Positions 40,030 through 63,023 of a stretch of 64,000 bases of DNA are shown here, piece by piece (position 1 is the stretch's first letter; each line of letters begins with the position of its first letter). The notes under the pieces were generated by a model that ran no database searches, had not been told where the DNA came from, and saw only the letters and a list, made by a program, of their open reading frames with translations. Made by a program: the position numbers and the translations under genes. This DNA is from Macrostomum lignano (taxonomy: Eukaryota): positions 620,001 to 684,000 of the forward strand of contig NIVC01000089.1 in the NCBI GenBank assembly GCA_002269645.1. Reading direction: 5' to 3'.

Positions 40030-40290
40030 AAACGGGAAGGATATTCGGGCCCTCGTCATGACCTTTACCGGCCATGGCTACCTCGCCAGGTAACCGCTTC
40101 CTCCTCCGAGGCAACCTCAAGAGTGACATTTGCCCCTTTTGCGAATCCGACAATAAAGATGCTCAGCGGCGGACCGACCTGACCGGCCACACGCTTCTGC
40201 TTCAAGGGCTAGCGGAATGGGCGAACCTCGCCTCCCCGCTGTGTCTACGCACCATCCTGCAGCTAAGTCAAGTCAAGTCAAGATCACCTG
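40030..40290 (+). mobile_element. degraded 3' fragment of a non-LTR retrotransposon ORF2 (CCHC region)
   Basis: GKDIRALVMTFTGHGYLAR* then a frameshift to SDICPFCESDN; related to the fragment at ~50100-50460. Confidence 0.65.
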
Positions 40291-41196
40291 ACCTCTGAGG
40301 TGCTCCGCCCTGCTTCCTTAGTTAACAACCTCTCAGGACTCGCTCACCTCCTTCACGCGCTTCGACAATGAGAAAAAGTTTCCAGCTACCAGCTGTTCGC
40401 CAGGCTTTTAGCAGAGTGCAGTTTAGGCCACTAACTCTGCTGAGAAGGCCCGAAGATCGCGCGATACCAGCAGCCTCAGTTAGCTGGGAAAGCCTCCCAA
40501 ATTGACTGGCTGGAACCCCAGCATTAAAGTGTTTGTCGGGGGGAGTTTTTTAGAATAAAAAATGCTCCATCCCCCCTTGCGGACTCCCCAGAGGTCTGGT
40601 TAACTATCAGCAAATAGCATGCATGCTGGACCCACTGCCCAGCCTCACGGGGCCGCGATGGGGAGCTCCAGATGATGATGAAGTGGCAGAAGCTGGCTGT
40701 GTCCGGGATCCACCACCCCTCCATGTTGCATCCCCCAGCCCTGCAGCAGTGAGCGCCCACTGTGGCAGGCATGGAAAGCAATTTTAATAGCAGCTCTCAG
40801 AGCTTATATATGGATGGTCAATGATGGGGCATTATGAATTTTGACCCCCAACAAGCTCAGCTGCTCTGTTCTGCCGTGGGATATGGGCTGCCTGCACGGG
40901 GCCACGGCGCGGAAGTCTGAAATTTTCAGCCGCTGTTGCTGATGCAGCTTCCCAAGTCCTATGGGAAGTTTTCCCAAAATGGCTACACCGCACCGCTAGC
41001 CTGCCCTACTCATAAAAAGTTGAATTTCAAACAAATAAGTGACTGATGCGATTTTCTGCTTTGTTTACGATCTCTTCATCTGCGAATGTATGGAGTAGAA
41101 AACGCGCATGATACTACTTTCTCAGCAAAATGCATCTCCGAGATAAAAGGCTTCAGTACTTTAGCGCTAAATGAGAGTTGACAGACAGGCAATAAA

Positions 41197-41690
<494 letters not shown>

Positions 41691-42237
41691 AAATACTAGT
41701 AGAAATAAGCAGAACCGAACCTACTCAGGTTGACTCAGTGAACAAGAAGGCTCACTCTGAGAAATTCATTTCCCGCAAGACCGAAGCAGAAGTATTAAAG
41801 GCTTCGCGAATTCTTTAGCCGGGTGCTCCATCTGCTAGAAAATTCTTTTATTTCAGAACTATAAAATCTTTATAGTTATAGAATTGTGTACAGTTTATTG
41901 ATTATTCGACGCTTTGAAACGCTGCTACTAAATGTGAATCTGATGGAGCGAGCGGATCAGACAGAGTACAGGGGAAGTACAGACGTCTGCACTTTTTAGC
42001 GTTAGCTACGCAAGCGATTTACACCTCGCTCCATGGCAAATTAATGAAGATTAGCTTGTGTTGATAACTATAGCATGACAAAGTCGATTTCAGCTAAGCA
42101 AAATATCAACTACTTATAGTAACTAATAATGTTTTAGTGAAAATATGCCTTTAATTATTTTTTAATTGTAGGTTAAGAATGGATCACTCCATGCACCTGA
42201 GAAATGCTACCCCATCAGCATCTCGCTGCATTAATTT

Positions 42238-42575
42238 AGTCAGCATTCAGCTGCATCAATCAGCATCCATCTGCATCAATCAGCATTCAGCTGCATCAAT
42301 CAGCATCCAGCTGCATCAATCAGCATCCAGCTGCATCAATCAACATCCAGTTGCATCAATCAGCATTCAGCTGCATCAATCAGCATCCAGCTGCATCAAT
42401 CAGCATCCAGCTGCATCAATCAGCATCCAGCTGCATCAATCAGCATCCAGCTGCATCAATTAGCATCCAGCTGCATCAATCAGCATCCAGCTGCATCAAT
42501 CAGCATCCAGCTGCATCAATCAGCATCCAGCTGCATCAATCAGCATCCAGCTGCATCAATTAGCATCCAGCTGCA
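42238..42575 (+). repeat. 20-bp minisatellite (cagcatccagctgcatcaat)n in the LHFPL 3' flank
   Basis: About 16 copies starting ~20 nt after the stop codon. Confidence 0.92.
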
Positions 42576-42594
42576 TAAGTATTCCTCATCAGCT

Positions 42595-53483
<10,889 letters not shown>

Positions 53484-53789
53484 GGCGTCGGGGGCGAAAG
53501 GGTTAGAGGCTGGATTATCGATGAAGCTAGTCTTGGCTCAGTGGGAGCAATAAGGCTAATCTTTTACAGTTGCGATAAGCTCGCTCCCATTCCTGCCAGC
53601 CTCCCATTGGATGGAGCCAGACACAGCCAATTCCTTGAAACTCTACACTGTACTTTTAATATATTTCATCATCTGGCCTGTACAGTGCTTGTTCACTCGT
53701 GCAAGTAGCGAGAGTGTCTTCTCTCTTTGTGGCATCCTGAAGCAAGGAGTACCAGTGTCTTGTGTGTGTGGCAGCCTGTTCAAGTAAGT

Positions 53790-54127
53790 CTTTGGCTTTC
53801 CCACAGAGGTCGCAGTATGGCTAAAGGCATCGCGCCACCAACCGTTTGTGAGTGGCTCGTTCTGTTAAAATTAACATTACTTTTGCGTGAGTGTGCGTCA
53901 GTGCGTGAGTCCGCATCGCGCGAGTGGTTCCACCCACAGCATATTGCGATGCAATGAGTGGTTCGATCAAGGTACTCGTATACTTACATGTAGCTCTTCC
54001 GACCTCTGACTTCTCTAAGAGCATAAATACTGGCGCTGGCTGGAGTGCAAACTCGCTCACTCGGACCAGAGACAGCTTAGGCTTAACCCATCTTCAGCTA
54101 CAACTCACTTTATCGCCTCTCGAAGAT
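53790..54127 (+). promoter_or_regulatory. promoter/5' UTR of ML-domain gene copy 1 (orphaned)
   Basis: Near-identical to 61065-61387 directly upstream of the copy 2 ATG. TATA-like cataaata at 54022-54029 and Inr-like tcactc ~30 nt downstream. Confidence 0.7.
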
Positions 54128-54354
54128 TTATGTCAAATTTATGTGTCCAATCGGCGTTTGCTGATTGGTTGTAAACACCCACCCCAAGTCAACCCCCCTC
54201 TGCACTGCACCCATCCGCCGTGAGGTTTATATCACCTAGCTTTTACTCAGCCTGCCTCATCTTTCTCGCGCTGCATGAAATTTTTTTTATCGTACGGAGT
54301 GGCGTGAGTGCTGCTGAGGCTGCAACTGCAATAGCCGAGATTTCAATTGACCAA

Positions 54355-54723
54355 ATGACTGCAAGGCAGCTTAGAGACCGTCTACGCCAACTGGGACTGC
54401 CCAGTGGCGGTCGCAAGCGAGAGTTGCAAGTCAGACTGGAACAAGCCAGTTTCTCAAATCAAGCCAAGCAACGTAGACGGCCAACAGCCGCTCACTCGAG
54501 CGAAATCGACCGATTCAGCACCAGCAGCAGCGACGACGATGAGGAAGCGACCCTAGACGAGGCTGGCGCCCCGCAGGGCACCGACGATCTGGACCAGAGG
54601 ATCGCCCGTCAGGAGAAGCTGCTTCGGCTGAGGACTCTTCAACGCCAGACTGCTGAGATCGAGGCTGAGCTGGAGAACAAGCCTTGCCAACAGAGCCGTA
54701 AGTTGCGGAGCCCCTTGCCTTGA
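54355..54723 (+). pseudogene. truncated ORF1 (gag-like) of the YR retrotransposon with an N-terminal SAP domain
   Basis: MTARQLRDRLRQLGLPSGGRKRELQVRLEQA fits the SAP consensus; acidic linker, coiled-coil, then an early stop. Confidence 0.65.
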
Positions 54724-56000
54724 CTGACGATCCTGACCGCGAATTCCTGCTGAATGGCATCCGCAACGGCTTCCAACTCACCTGCCCTGACCCGTCAGAA
54801 AGAGCCTCAACTATGTCAGAAATCCAGAACTACCTATCAGTCAACAGTTACCGGCAGCTGGTCGAGCAGCAGGTGCGAGAGGAAGTCCCTAATTGCCGCT
54901 ACGTTCAAGTAAGTTACAAACCGGAGGTCATCAGCGCCCTTGGCGCCATTCCGAAGGGCAACAACAAGATTCGACTCATCCACGACTGCTCTAACCCTCC
55001 GGGTCTCTCCCTAAACAGCCGATTTTCTTCCGACTACCGAATCAAGTTCGAGACCGTCAGTGACTTCACCGCCAAGCTGCAACCCGGTTGGTTCATGGCC
55101 AAAGTCGACCTCGCCAATGCCTACCGGAGTGTCGGCATCAGCCCGCACGATTTTCGGCTCACCGGCTTGAAGTGGAAATTCAGCGACCAGCGCAGCGATT
55201 CGAACATCTGCGACACGCGGCTCCCCTTTGGCGCTGCTGCCTCCGTGGAAGTTTTCCAGGCCGTCAAGCGCATGATGCAGAGACGGGGCTTCAACGATAT
55301 CGGCAGCTATCTCGACGACTTCGCCATAGCAGCCTCCAGCAAGGACGACTGCCAGCTCGCTCTCGACACCCTGCTCAATCTGCTGCGGAAGCTTGGCTTC
55401 TCCATCAACTGGAGCAAGGTGGTGGCGCCGTGCACCAGACTGGTCTACCTGGGCTTCCTCATCGACACCGTCAGCGGCCTGCTGGAGCTTCCGAAGGACA
55501 AGCTCGACGCCACCAAGTCTCAGCTGCAGTCCGCGCTCTCTCGCAAGCGCATCACCAAGCGCCAACTCCAATCGCTCTGTGGCCGCATCAACTGGGTCTG
55601 CCAGGTGGTCCGCATCGGGAGGTGCATCCTGAGACCACTCCTGCTCGAGCTCAGCGACCTGAAGCAGCAGCGGCACAAATTGCGCATGCACAATGATCTC
55701 CGTGAGATCCTTAGCTGGTGGGACGCCTGCCTGGCCGCCTCCCCCAGCTGCAAAATCTGGCTTTCCCACGGGCCCAGCTGGGCCATCGAGTCCGACGCGT
55801 CCAACTGGGGCGGCTGCGGCATCATCCGCGGCCCAGACATCACCAGCTGGCTCATCATGGACTGGCACCGCGACTCAACCGAGATCGAGCCGCTGCACAT
55901 CAACTTCAAGGAAAGTCTCGTGCCAGTGCTTACGGCCCTGCATTTCCAGCAGCAGCTGCTACCGGGCAGCCAACTTGTGATCTACTCTGACAGCGATCTC
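54720..56000 (+). pseudogene. reverse transcriptase + RNase H of the YR retrotransposon
   Basis: KVDLANAY, RLPFG, YLDD, YLGFLID; RNase H ESDAS, INFKE, YSDS. It appears to be cut by a deletion near 55990. Confidence 0.9.
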
Positions 56001-56039
56001 TCCGGCCAGGCCTTCCACGTCCCCGGGACATTCCAGATC

Positions 56040-57064
56040 TTCGCTGATAGTGGCAGCCGAGCCGATGACATCAGCGAGCTGACAAACTTCCTGCTCCGGC
56101 TCTTTGGCTCTATTTACGTTGACCTTAGCAACCTTAGAGAGCACACCCTCTCGCCAGCCACCTGCAAATTTCTCGCTCTACAGATCGCCCGCCTCAAGTC
56201 CCGAGCGCGAACTTCAGCAAGCGCTACCGCGAGCTCTGCCACCTGGCCTTCGCTGAGATAACCGCGCGCTCTTACCGCTGCCAGATCGACTCCTGGATGC
56301 GCATCGACAGCACCAGACCGTCTCTGCAGCAGGTTGCGCACTATATCATCGCGCTGTCCGACCGCCTCTCCTCGCATGCCAGCGTCGGTGCGTACATTAA
56401 CGCCGCAGACCTGCACTGCAAGCTCAAGACCGGCCGCGGCCTTCCTCGCGACCCCCGCATCGACCTGCTCCTCAAGCTCGCCAAGCCGCCGGCGCGCAAG
56501 GAGTCCATCACTCTGGGTGACCTCCTCAAACTGCGAGGAACCCTGCGCCTGCAGCAGCCTCAAGATGCAGCCTTCTGGGCGGCGGTCCTGGTCGGATTCT
56601 GGGGCCTCCTGCGCCGCGCCAATCTGTGCTGCTCGAAACCGTTCCCACCTGCCGGCGAGGCGGTCACCTGCGGCGACCTGCAGATATCACCGGATCTGGC
56701 CATCCTGAACATTCGGCGCTCCAAAACGAACCAGTTCCGCCAGCGAGTGCACCGCGTTGTCCTGCCGCGCCTCAGCACCCGCTCTGCCCCGTGGCAGCGC
56801 TGCTTCACCACCTGCGCATCAACCAGCCCGACCGCGCCGCTGCTGCCCACCTCTTCGCCTACCGAAACAGCGGCGGCCTGACGCCTCTGACTTGTCGCCT
56901 GTTTCAGCACGTCGTCCACCGTGCCGGCCTGGCAGACCTGGCTTTGTCTCCTCACAGCCTTCGACGCGGCTGGCGCCTCGCTAGCCTTCCGCGCCGGTGT
57001 GCCGCTGCCGGTCGTCAAGGCCCTGGGCGACTGGCGGAGCTCGGCGGTTGAGGTGCATCTGGGG
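56040..57064 (+). pseudogene. frameshifted tyrosine recombinase of the YR retrotransposon
   Basis: FWAAVLVGFWGLLRRANL, IRRSKTNQF, LCPVAAL, HSLRRG and ALGDWRSSAVEVH are spread over three frames; the expected catalytic Tyr reads His (cat). Confidence 0.88.
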
Positions 57065-57139
57065 CTGGAGAGTGATCAAGATTGCTCAAGAACTGCTCAA
57101 GACCGCTTGAGTTTGCTTGAGGAGTTCAACCTCTGAGTT

Positions 57140-58440
57140 GACTGACGAAGTCCCGGTAGCAAGATTGTTCATTTACTGGCTCTCAAGCTGATGATGACGA
57201 TGCCTCTCTTTGTTCCGAAGATGAAACAGGAGTTCCCCCTAAAGAATCAACGGGCTGCTTACCGAGGCCGAAAAGGAGTTGTACGTAACGTAGAATGCGC
57301 ACATTTGAGTCTTTATTGTAAGGCCGTGCTAGCTCTATTCGGAGACGCTTCGTGGAACTGTCTTCCTTTGCAACCGGCAGCTGTGGAAGATAATTTCTGA
57401 TAGTTTCTGCGTCGTCGTTAGGCGGCACCGACTCGTTAATGCCGTTTTGCAGCTGTTCTTGCTGGATTTTGTCGTTGTCTTCTGGCGTAGCTTTTCGACT
57501 GTCGTACTTAAACGACGGTGGGCAAGATTGAAGTTGTCGGGTAAGATTTCTCGAGATCCTTCTTTGAATGGCAAGTTAGTTACATATAGCGATCTTACTG
57601 AAACTCTCAATAGTAGCAAGAAGCTGGACCCGGCCGTTTCTTTATTCATCAAGTATCCCTTGACTCACCAGCATAGTTCACGTCGTAGATGATTCGCCGG
57701 TCCTGTCTGAGATGCTCAGTTTGCCACTGCCATTGCCAAATTTGCTCTCTACTGCGACCGGTCTTTTTCCGCTCTCGGTTCTAACGAGGTTGCAGTCTAC
57801 CAGGTCTTAGAAACGATCGGCACCGATTAGAAGGGAGATTTATTCTTTGGCATCCCGAATATCAAACCGATCAGCAAGATCAAGACGCTGAATTTCTGGA
57901 TGTGCGTCTTGAGTCACAGATAATTTGGGTTCGCATATCTAAGGAATCGTGTAGCCATTCAAGGAAAAAAATCTTCACCGTTTGAAACCCCCTTCGAATG
58001 CGGAAGCGTACTATGTCCGATGTAAACTCGGCGCTGCTGGATCCAAAGGTGTTGGCACTCAGCACTTCAGTTGCCTCCGCTGAAAAACAACTGTCGGCTT
58101 AAGTTCTGTCTGATGTAGGTTTCATTGCTGGCTGTATCGAATATCGCGCGGATCAGCATATCAGTCTTCCCATCCGAACTGACGATGATGCACTTAGCAG
58201 TTGGCATGATCACGGTAGGATTAGAGTGGACGACAAAGGACTGCGACAAAGGACTGGTTGTTGGAGACAGGGGTGCTCTCGGGAGTCACGGCCACTTTCG
58301 TTGTACTATTATCAGTTTGAAGAAGCAGGGATTTCAGATGTCCGAGGGCCTCTTTTTTGTCTACTTAGTAGGATCTGGGGCAACCCTGTTTCCGGTATGC
58401 GTAGTCAGGCAGATGCTTGAGTGGTGCATTTTCTGAAAGA
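57140..58440 (-). mobile_element. fragmented BEL/Pao LTR retrotransposon (gag knuckle, protease, RT start)
   Basis: Minus-strand remnants: MHHSSIC (gag knuckle), IRAIFDTASNETYI (protease), NLPFKEG..LPDNFNLAHRRL and NYLPQLPVAKEDSSTKRLRI, with stops and frameshifts. Confidence 0.78.
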
Positions 58441-59080
58441 TGACGAAAGAAAAAATGATGGAAACAAAAAGTAATCAAATTTAATTACAGAAAAATGCGG
58501 CGAAAAGGTTTGACTACTAAAAGCCTATAGCTATCAGTTAAATGTAAAACGCAGAAATCTAAGCTAGGATTTATAATGCGTATTGATAATGGTAATCAGA
58601 TACGGGGCAGATTGACCAGGAAGGACACGTAGTTGATAGAATCAGAGAGTTGGTACAACTGCAGATTCGAACTCCTGTCTGGGGGCCGAATTGATGCCGA
58701 ATTGAATTGAGTGAGTTTTCATTTAGTGTAGAGATTTTCCCTGTTCGGGTGCCATGTAGTTGAATTTCACCATTTGGACCACTATAGAACGGCTGACGAT
58801 ATATTTCTCAAAACATTTACTCTCTCATCGCCCAATTTAAACATAGAGCAGAAATTAGTCTCGAGGGGGGGGGGGGCAAGAGAGTGTACGTCTATGTACG
58901 AGCTATTTCGTACTTGCGAATTTAATGAGCACAAAGCAAAAAAGTATTGAATGCAATTACGAGTACAAAATACAAATAGATCAAAGGGGTAGCGGTGACA
59001 ATTTAAACAACATACTACCTCACAAAATATTTTTGTTGTAAAAAGAAATTTCTAATAAACTTGACACTTATCTCACGCAG

Positions 59081-59731
59081 CAACTATGACCGCCTGTGCT
59101 CCATCCTGGACCGCATGGAGCGTGAGAACTGGGCCGGAGTCGGCACACAGCTGTCTAGGAGGATCCGCGACAGCCTTGAAGGCGCCGGTGACCATCTGTG
59201 CCCCTTCACCCCGGCTGAGGTCAACATCAGCAACCTCGCCATCGACCTGCCGAGCCTGCCGCCGCAGATGGGCATCCTCGACTCTGTGAGTTTCATAATT
59301 TACCGACTCATCCATCACATCCGGTACCTGCGATCATCCAGCACCCCCCTATCCGCAGTCATCCACAATATCCAGCACGCGTCGACCGGCACTCGTTCAC
59401 GACATTCATCACACACCGACCCGCACTCATTTACAGCATCCAGAACGCACAGCTGAACTCATCCACCCGCTTCATCAAGCACCCTTCAAGCCAAATTTCT
59501 GCTAGCTGGTACCATTGTTTCCAGCCCAATGGTTGGGCTGTATGCATGAAGTAAATATAAATAGAGCTCAACCTGCTCAGCAGTACAATTTACTGAGTAC
59601 AATACTGAGTACAATCCTCAACTTTGAAATTTCAGGGCCGGTACCGCGTCCGCGCCCAGCTGATCAACCGCGACTCCAACCGTCTGATGAGCTGCTTCGA
59701 GATCGAGTTCGAGATGCGCAAGGCCGACTAA
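59081..59731 (+). pseudogene. GM2-activator-like ML-domain gene copy 1: exons 3 (59081-59285) and 4 (59636-59731) only
   Basis: Paralogous to copy 2 exons 3-4, with open frames and intact splice sites. Exons 1-2 are not found between the promoter (53790-54127) and 59081. Confidence 0.75.
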
Positions 59732-61064
59732 ACGAAGCGCAAATGCTGAAGTCCATATACTTTACTGAATTCACAAAATAAAATACGGTTGCTTATCAAC
59801 AAGTCTCGCTTGTATAGTCGGATCGAAGTGTAGCCGCTAAAACTTTCGGAATATATTTTTTAAATTGTCAACAAAATTTGACAGTGTTTCTGTTTGTTAT
59901 CGAAACTTGCAGAAAAAATTGCAGATAGCAGGTAAAATCTCCAAAAGAGTTTCATTTTTTGGGTTGGCATGGTCACGAGGTCGAGTTTATAAACAGTATT
60001 TAAACGAAACAAAACGCAGGCTCAATAACCGGCAATATAGTCTCTTCGATGCATATCTTCGCACGTGCATGCAATCGGACTTGTGTATTATATATATTAT
60101 TTCATATAGAGACTCAAGACGATGCTTTTGGACACTACCGCAAATCAAGGCGATAGTCAAACTCCCAGCCATACAACTTTTGCTGGTCCCTGGGCACAAG
60201 CAGCCTCCCGGATACGCAAACGGGGCACACACATGGTCCTAACTTTCATGTCAATGTTCATGACAATTAATGTACACAATGTGACTCATCGGCTTGAATC
60301 AAACAAAAATGTCTACTGAGGCGTGCTCTGAAATAGAGCTAAATGATTTTGACTCGAGAGTTAATGTGTGGATTCTGACAGACTGAAATCTTTTTTATGC
60401 TCAAAGCGCCCCCAACACAAACTCCGAGCCGGGTAAATCTGTGCAACCCCGGCTTGGCCCCACCGCTGGCTGACAGCAGACCAGTCGGTCGGCAGGTGGA
60501 TTCTGATCGCTGATTTATTTAAGAAACCTTTCTGGTACTTGCTGTCCCTCCGTAGCGAGTCAGAGCAATCTGAGCACTCTGACAGATCCATAGCTGCATG
60601 CAATCGGAGACCGCAGGGCTCTCAGTTCCATGTAGCTACTAGACCAGAGCCATCGTATCCACCGCGGGTGCAAGGCATCAACACTGCGGTAGTGTAAAAT
60701 GTACATGCAAACTCAAGCAAACAGTACCAGTGTCTTGTGGTTGTGTGCGTAGAATCTTCAGAAAACAGTAAAAGTATCTGGTATGTGGCAACTCTTTTTC
60801 TATTAGAGAACGAATCCAAGTTAAAACAAACTAGAGTGAATTAAGCATAGCCAGTATTCAACATGCACATTGTTACTATTCAACAACATTACTAGATATT
60901 TTTGCAGGACAATAAGGTACCTTAGGACTTGCCCCTGGAGACGAGAAAAAAACAAAGGAAAATCACGATCACCCTGTTGCGAGCGGGGGAAGGACTGTCA
61001 GCCACGCCAAGCCGTCATGAATGCAACACAGTTGGATTGGGGTTTGAACTCGCGCGCAGACTTC

Positions 61065-61387
61065 AGCTTTCCCACAGAGGTCGCAGTATGGCTAACGGCA
61101 TCGCGCCACCAGCCATTTGTGAGTGGCTCGTTCTGCTAAAAATAACAATACTTTTGCGTGCTAATTACGTGTGTCAGTCCTCATTGCGCGAGTGGTTCCA
61201 CCCACCGCATTTTTCGATGCAATGAGTGGTTCGATCAAGGTACGTTTAGCTTATCTCGCCTCTGCAGGCTTCTCTGAAAGCATAAATACTGGCGCTAGCT
61301 GGAGCGCAAACTCGCTCACTCGGACCAGAGACAGCTTAGGCTTAACCTATCCTCAGCTACAACCCACTTTATCGCCTCTCGAAGATA
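61065..61387 (+). promoter_or_regulatory. promoter/5' UTR of ML-domain gene copy 2
   Basis: TATA-like cataaata at 61281-61288, ~100 nt upstream of the ATG; conserved with 53790-54127. Confidence 0.6.
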
Positions 61388-63023
61388 ATGAAGTTCCTAG
61401 CCGTGATTTTGGCTGTCTGCGTTGTCGGCAGCAGCGCGTTCAGCTTCCGTCGTTGCGGTGAGTTATCGTGACACAATTTATGACAAAATAAATATTCCGG
61501 TCTGACTTAATCAAACTTCACCTCCTCTCTGGACTTCAAGGTGGCAACAATGACCTCGACGTTATCAGCGCCAACGTGAGGCCCGCCCTGATCAGCTTCC
61601 CCGGCCGATCCAGCGTCAGCTTCGCTGGCAAGGTCACCCGCAGCTTCAGCGACCTCGACCTGAAGCTGGAGGTCTTCCTGAAGTCTGCTGTCGGAGAGGT
61701 CAAGATCCCCTGCCTGTTCAACTTTGGCTCTTGGTAAGTCGGGGGGGGGGGGAGCCTCGGCTTAAAGATGTCCACCGATGCACTGTGGAGCCGCAGATGA
61801 ACTCATCTCTTCTCTGGACTGTTTAGGGACTGCTATAGTTAAAGGACTGCTAGAGCTTGGGGACTGTAAACCGAATGTGTCATCGTCTCCTATGCGACCT
61901 AGGTATCGGCAGCCACCGAAGTATCAAATACATAATGATAAATATATTCGCAGCAGCTAGGCCACTGTGGCGCAGGGTCCTTTCGCCTTTGGCGAAATCG
62001 TCCCAAAAGTCCTAAAGTCAGTCCCTAAAGTCAGTGGTGACCAATTCTACCCTTTCCGCTGACCCCTGAGCACATACAAGCGCGCGAATGCTGTGCCTTT
62101 TTGATCGTCAGGGATGTACACTTTTTATCCTGAAGGTTGATCCTCATGGACGTGAATTGCAGGACGACACCCAGACCAGTAAAAATAACACCCAAGCCCT
62201 TAATAAATGGGGCTGCACACAGAATCGAACTAGGGGTTTGTGCGAATTAGTTCTACTTTGCCCCCTCCAATTGGACCGATGTATGTTGTACATTAGATTA
62301 CGGCGTCTTTGAAGTATCAAAGGGGTATAGCGGCGACAATTCAAGCAACATACAACCACACAGGATATTTTGCTGTAAGAAATTACTAATAAACTTGACA
62401 CTTATCTCACGCAGCAACTACGACCGCATGTGCTCTATCCTGGACCGAATGGAGCGTGAGAACTGGGCCGGAGTCGGCACCCAGCTGTCCAGGGAGATTC
62501 GCAAGCTCATCGACAGCGTTGATGGCGCCGGTGACCGTCTGTGCCCCTTCACCCCGGCTGAGGTCAACGTGAGCAACCGCGCCATCGACCTGCCGAGCCT
62601 GCCGCCGCTGCTGGCCACCATCGCCTCTGTGAGTTTCTGAATTCAGCGACTCAACTATGATATCTCTGGCACCTGCGATCATTCAGCACCCACCAATTCT
62701 CAGTCATCCATCATATCCAGTACGCATCGACTTGTACTCGTTCACGACACGACATCCATCTTCCACGGACTACTAGATCCATAAAGCAACCATCAAGCCA
62801 AAATGCTGCTTCCATTGTTTTCAGTACTTTGTTGGTTGAGTTTTATGCCTGAGCTAACTAGAAATACAGTTCAACTTGCGCAGCAGTTCAATTTTCGGAT
62901 TACAATAAATTCTCTCTGAAATTTCAGGGCCAGTACCGCGTCCGCGCCCAGCTGATCAACCGCGACTCCAACCGTCTGATGAGCTGCTTCGAGATCGAGT
63001 TCGAGATGCGCAAGGCCGACTAA
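61388..63023 (+). CDS. GM2A: secreted GM2-activator-like ML-domain lipid-binding protein, 4 exons, 190 aa (copy 2, intact)
   Basis: Exons 61388-61457, 61541-61733, 62415-62628 and 62928-63023 join in frame (573 nt). Signal peptide MKFLAVILAVCVVGSSA, then FRRC, PALISFPG, KIPCLFNFGSC-NYDRMC, LCPF, LPSLP, G-YRVRA and LMSCFEIE. GM2A-like rather than a proven ortholog. Confidence 0.85.

Larger units (their letters stand above)
54128..57135 (+). mobile_element. degraded DIRS-order tyrosine-recombinase retrotransposon, probably Ngaro group
   Basis: Order is gag-like ORF, RT-RNase H, tyrosine recombinase, with no methyltransferase seen. DPDREFLLNGIRNGF and IRLIHDCSNP..SLN motifs resemble Ngaro RT N-termini. 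The 3' terminal repeats are not found. Confidence 0.9.

Noticed and set aside
55011-55909. Long antisense and alternate-frame ORFs over the RT; similar shadows at 17145-17977, 36170-37240 and 42736-43342
   Set aside because: Shadow ORFs of GC-rich coding sequence with no independent motifs.
60361-60720. Short minus-strand ORFs between the ML-domain copies
   Set aside because: No recognisable motif, splice context or codon bias.
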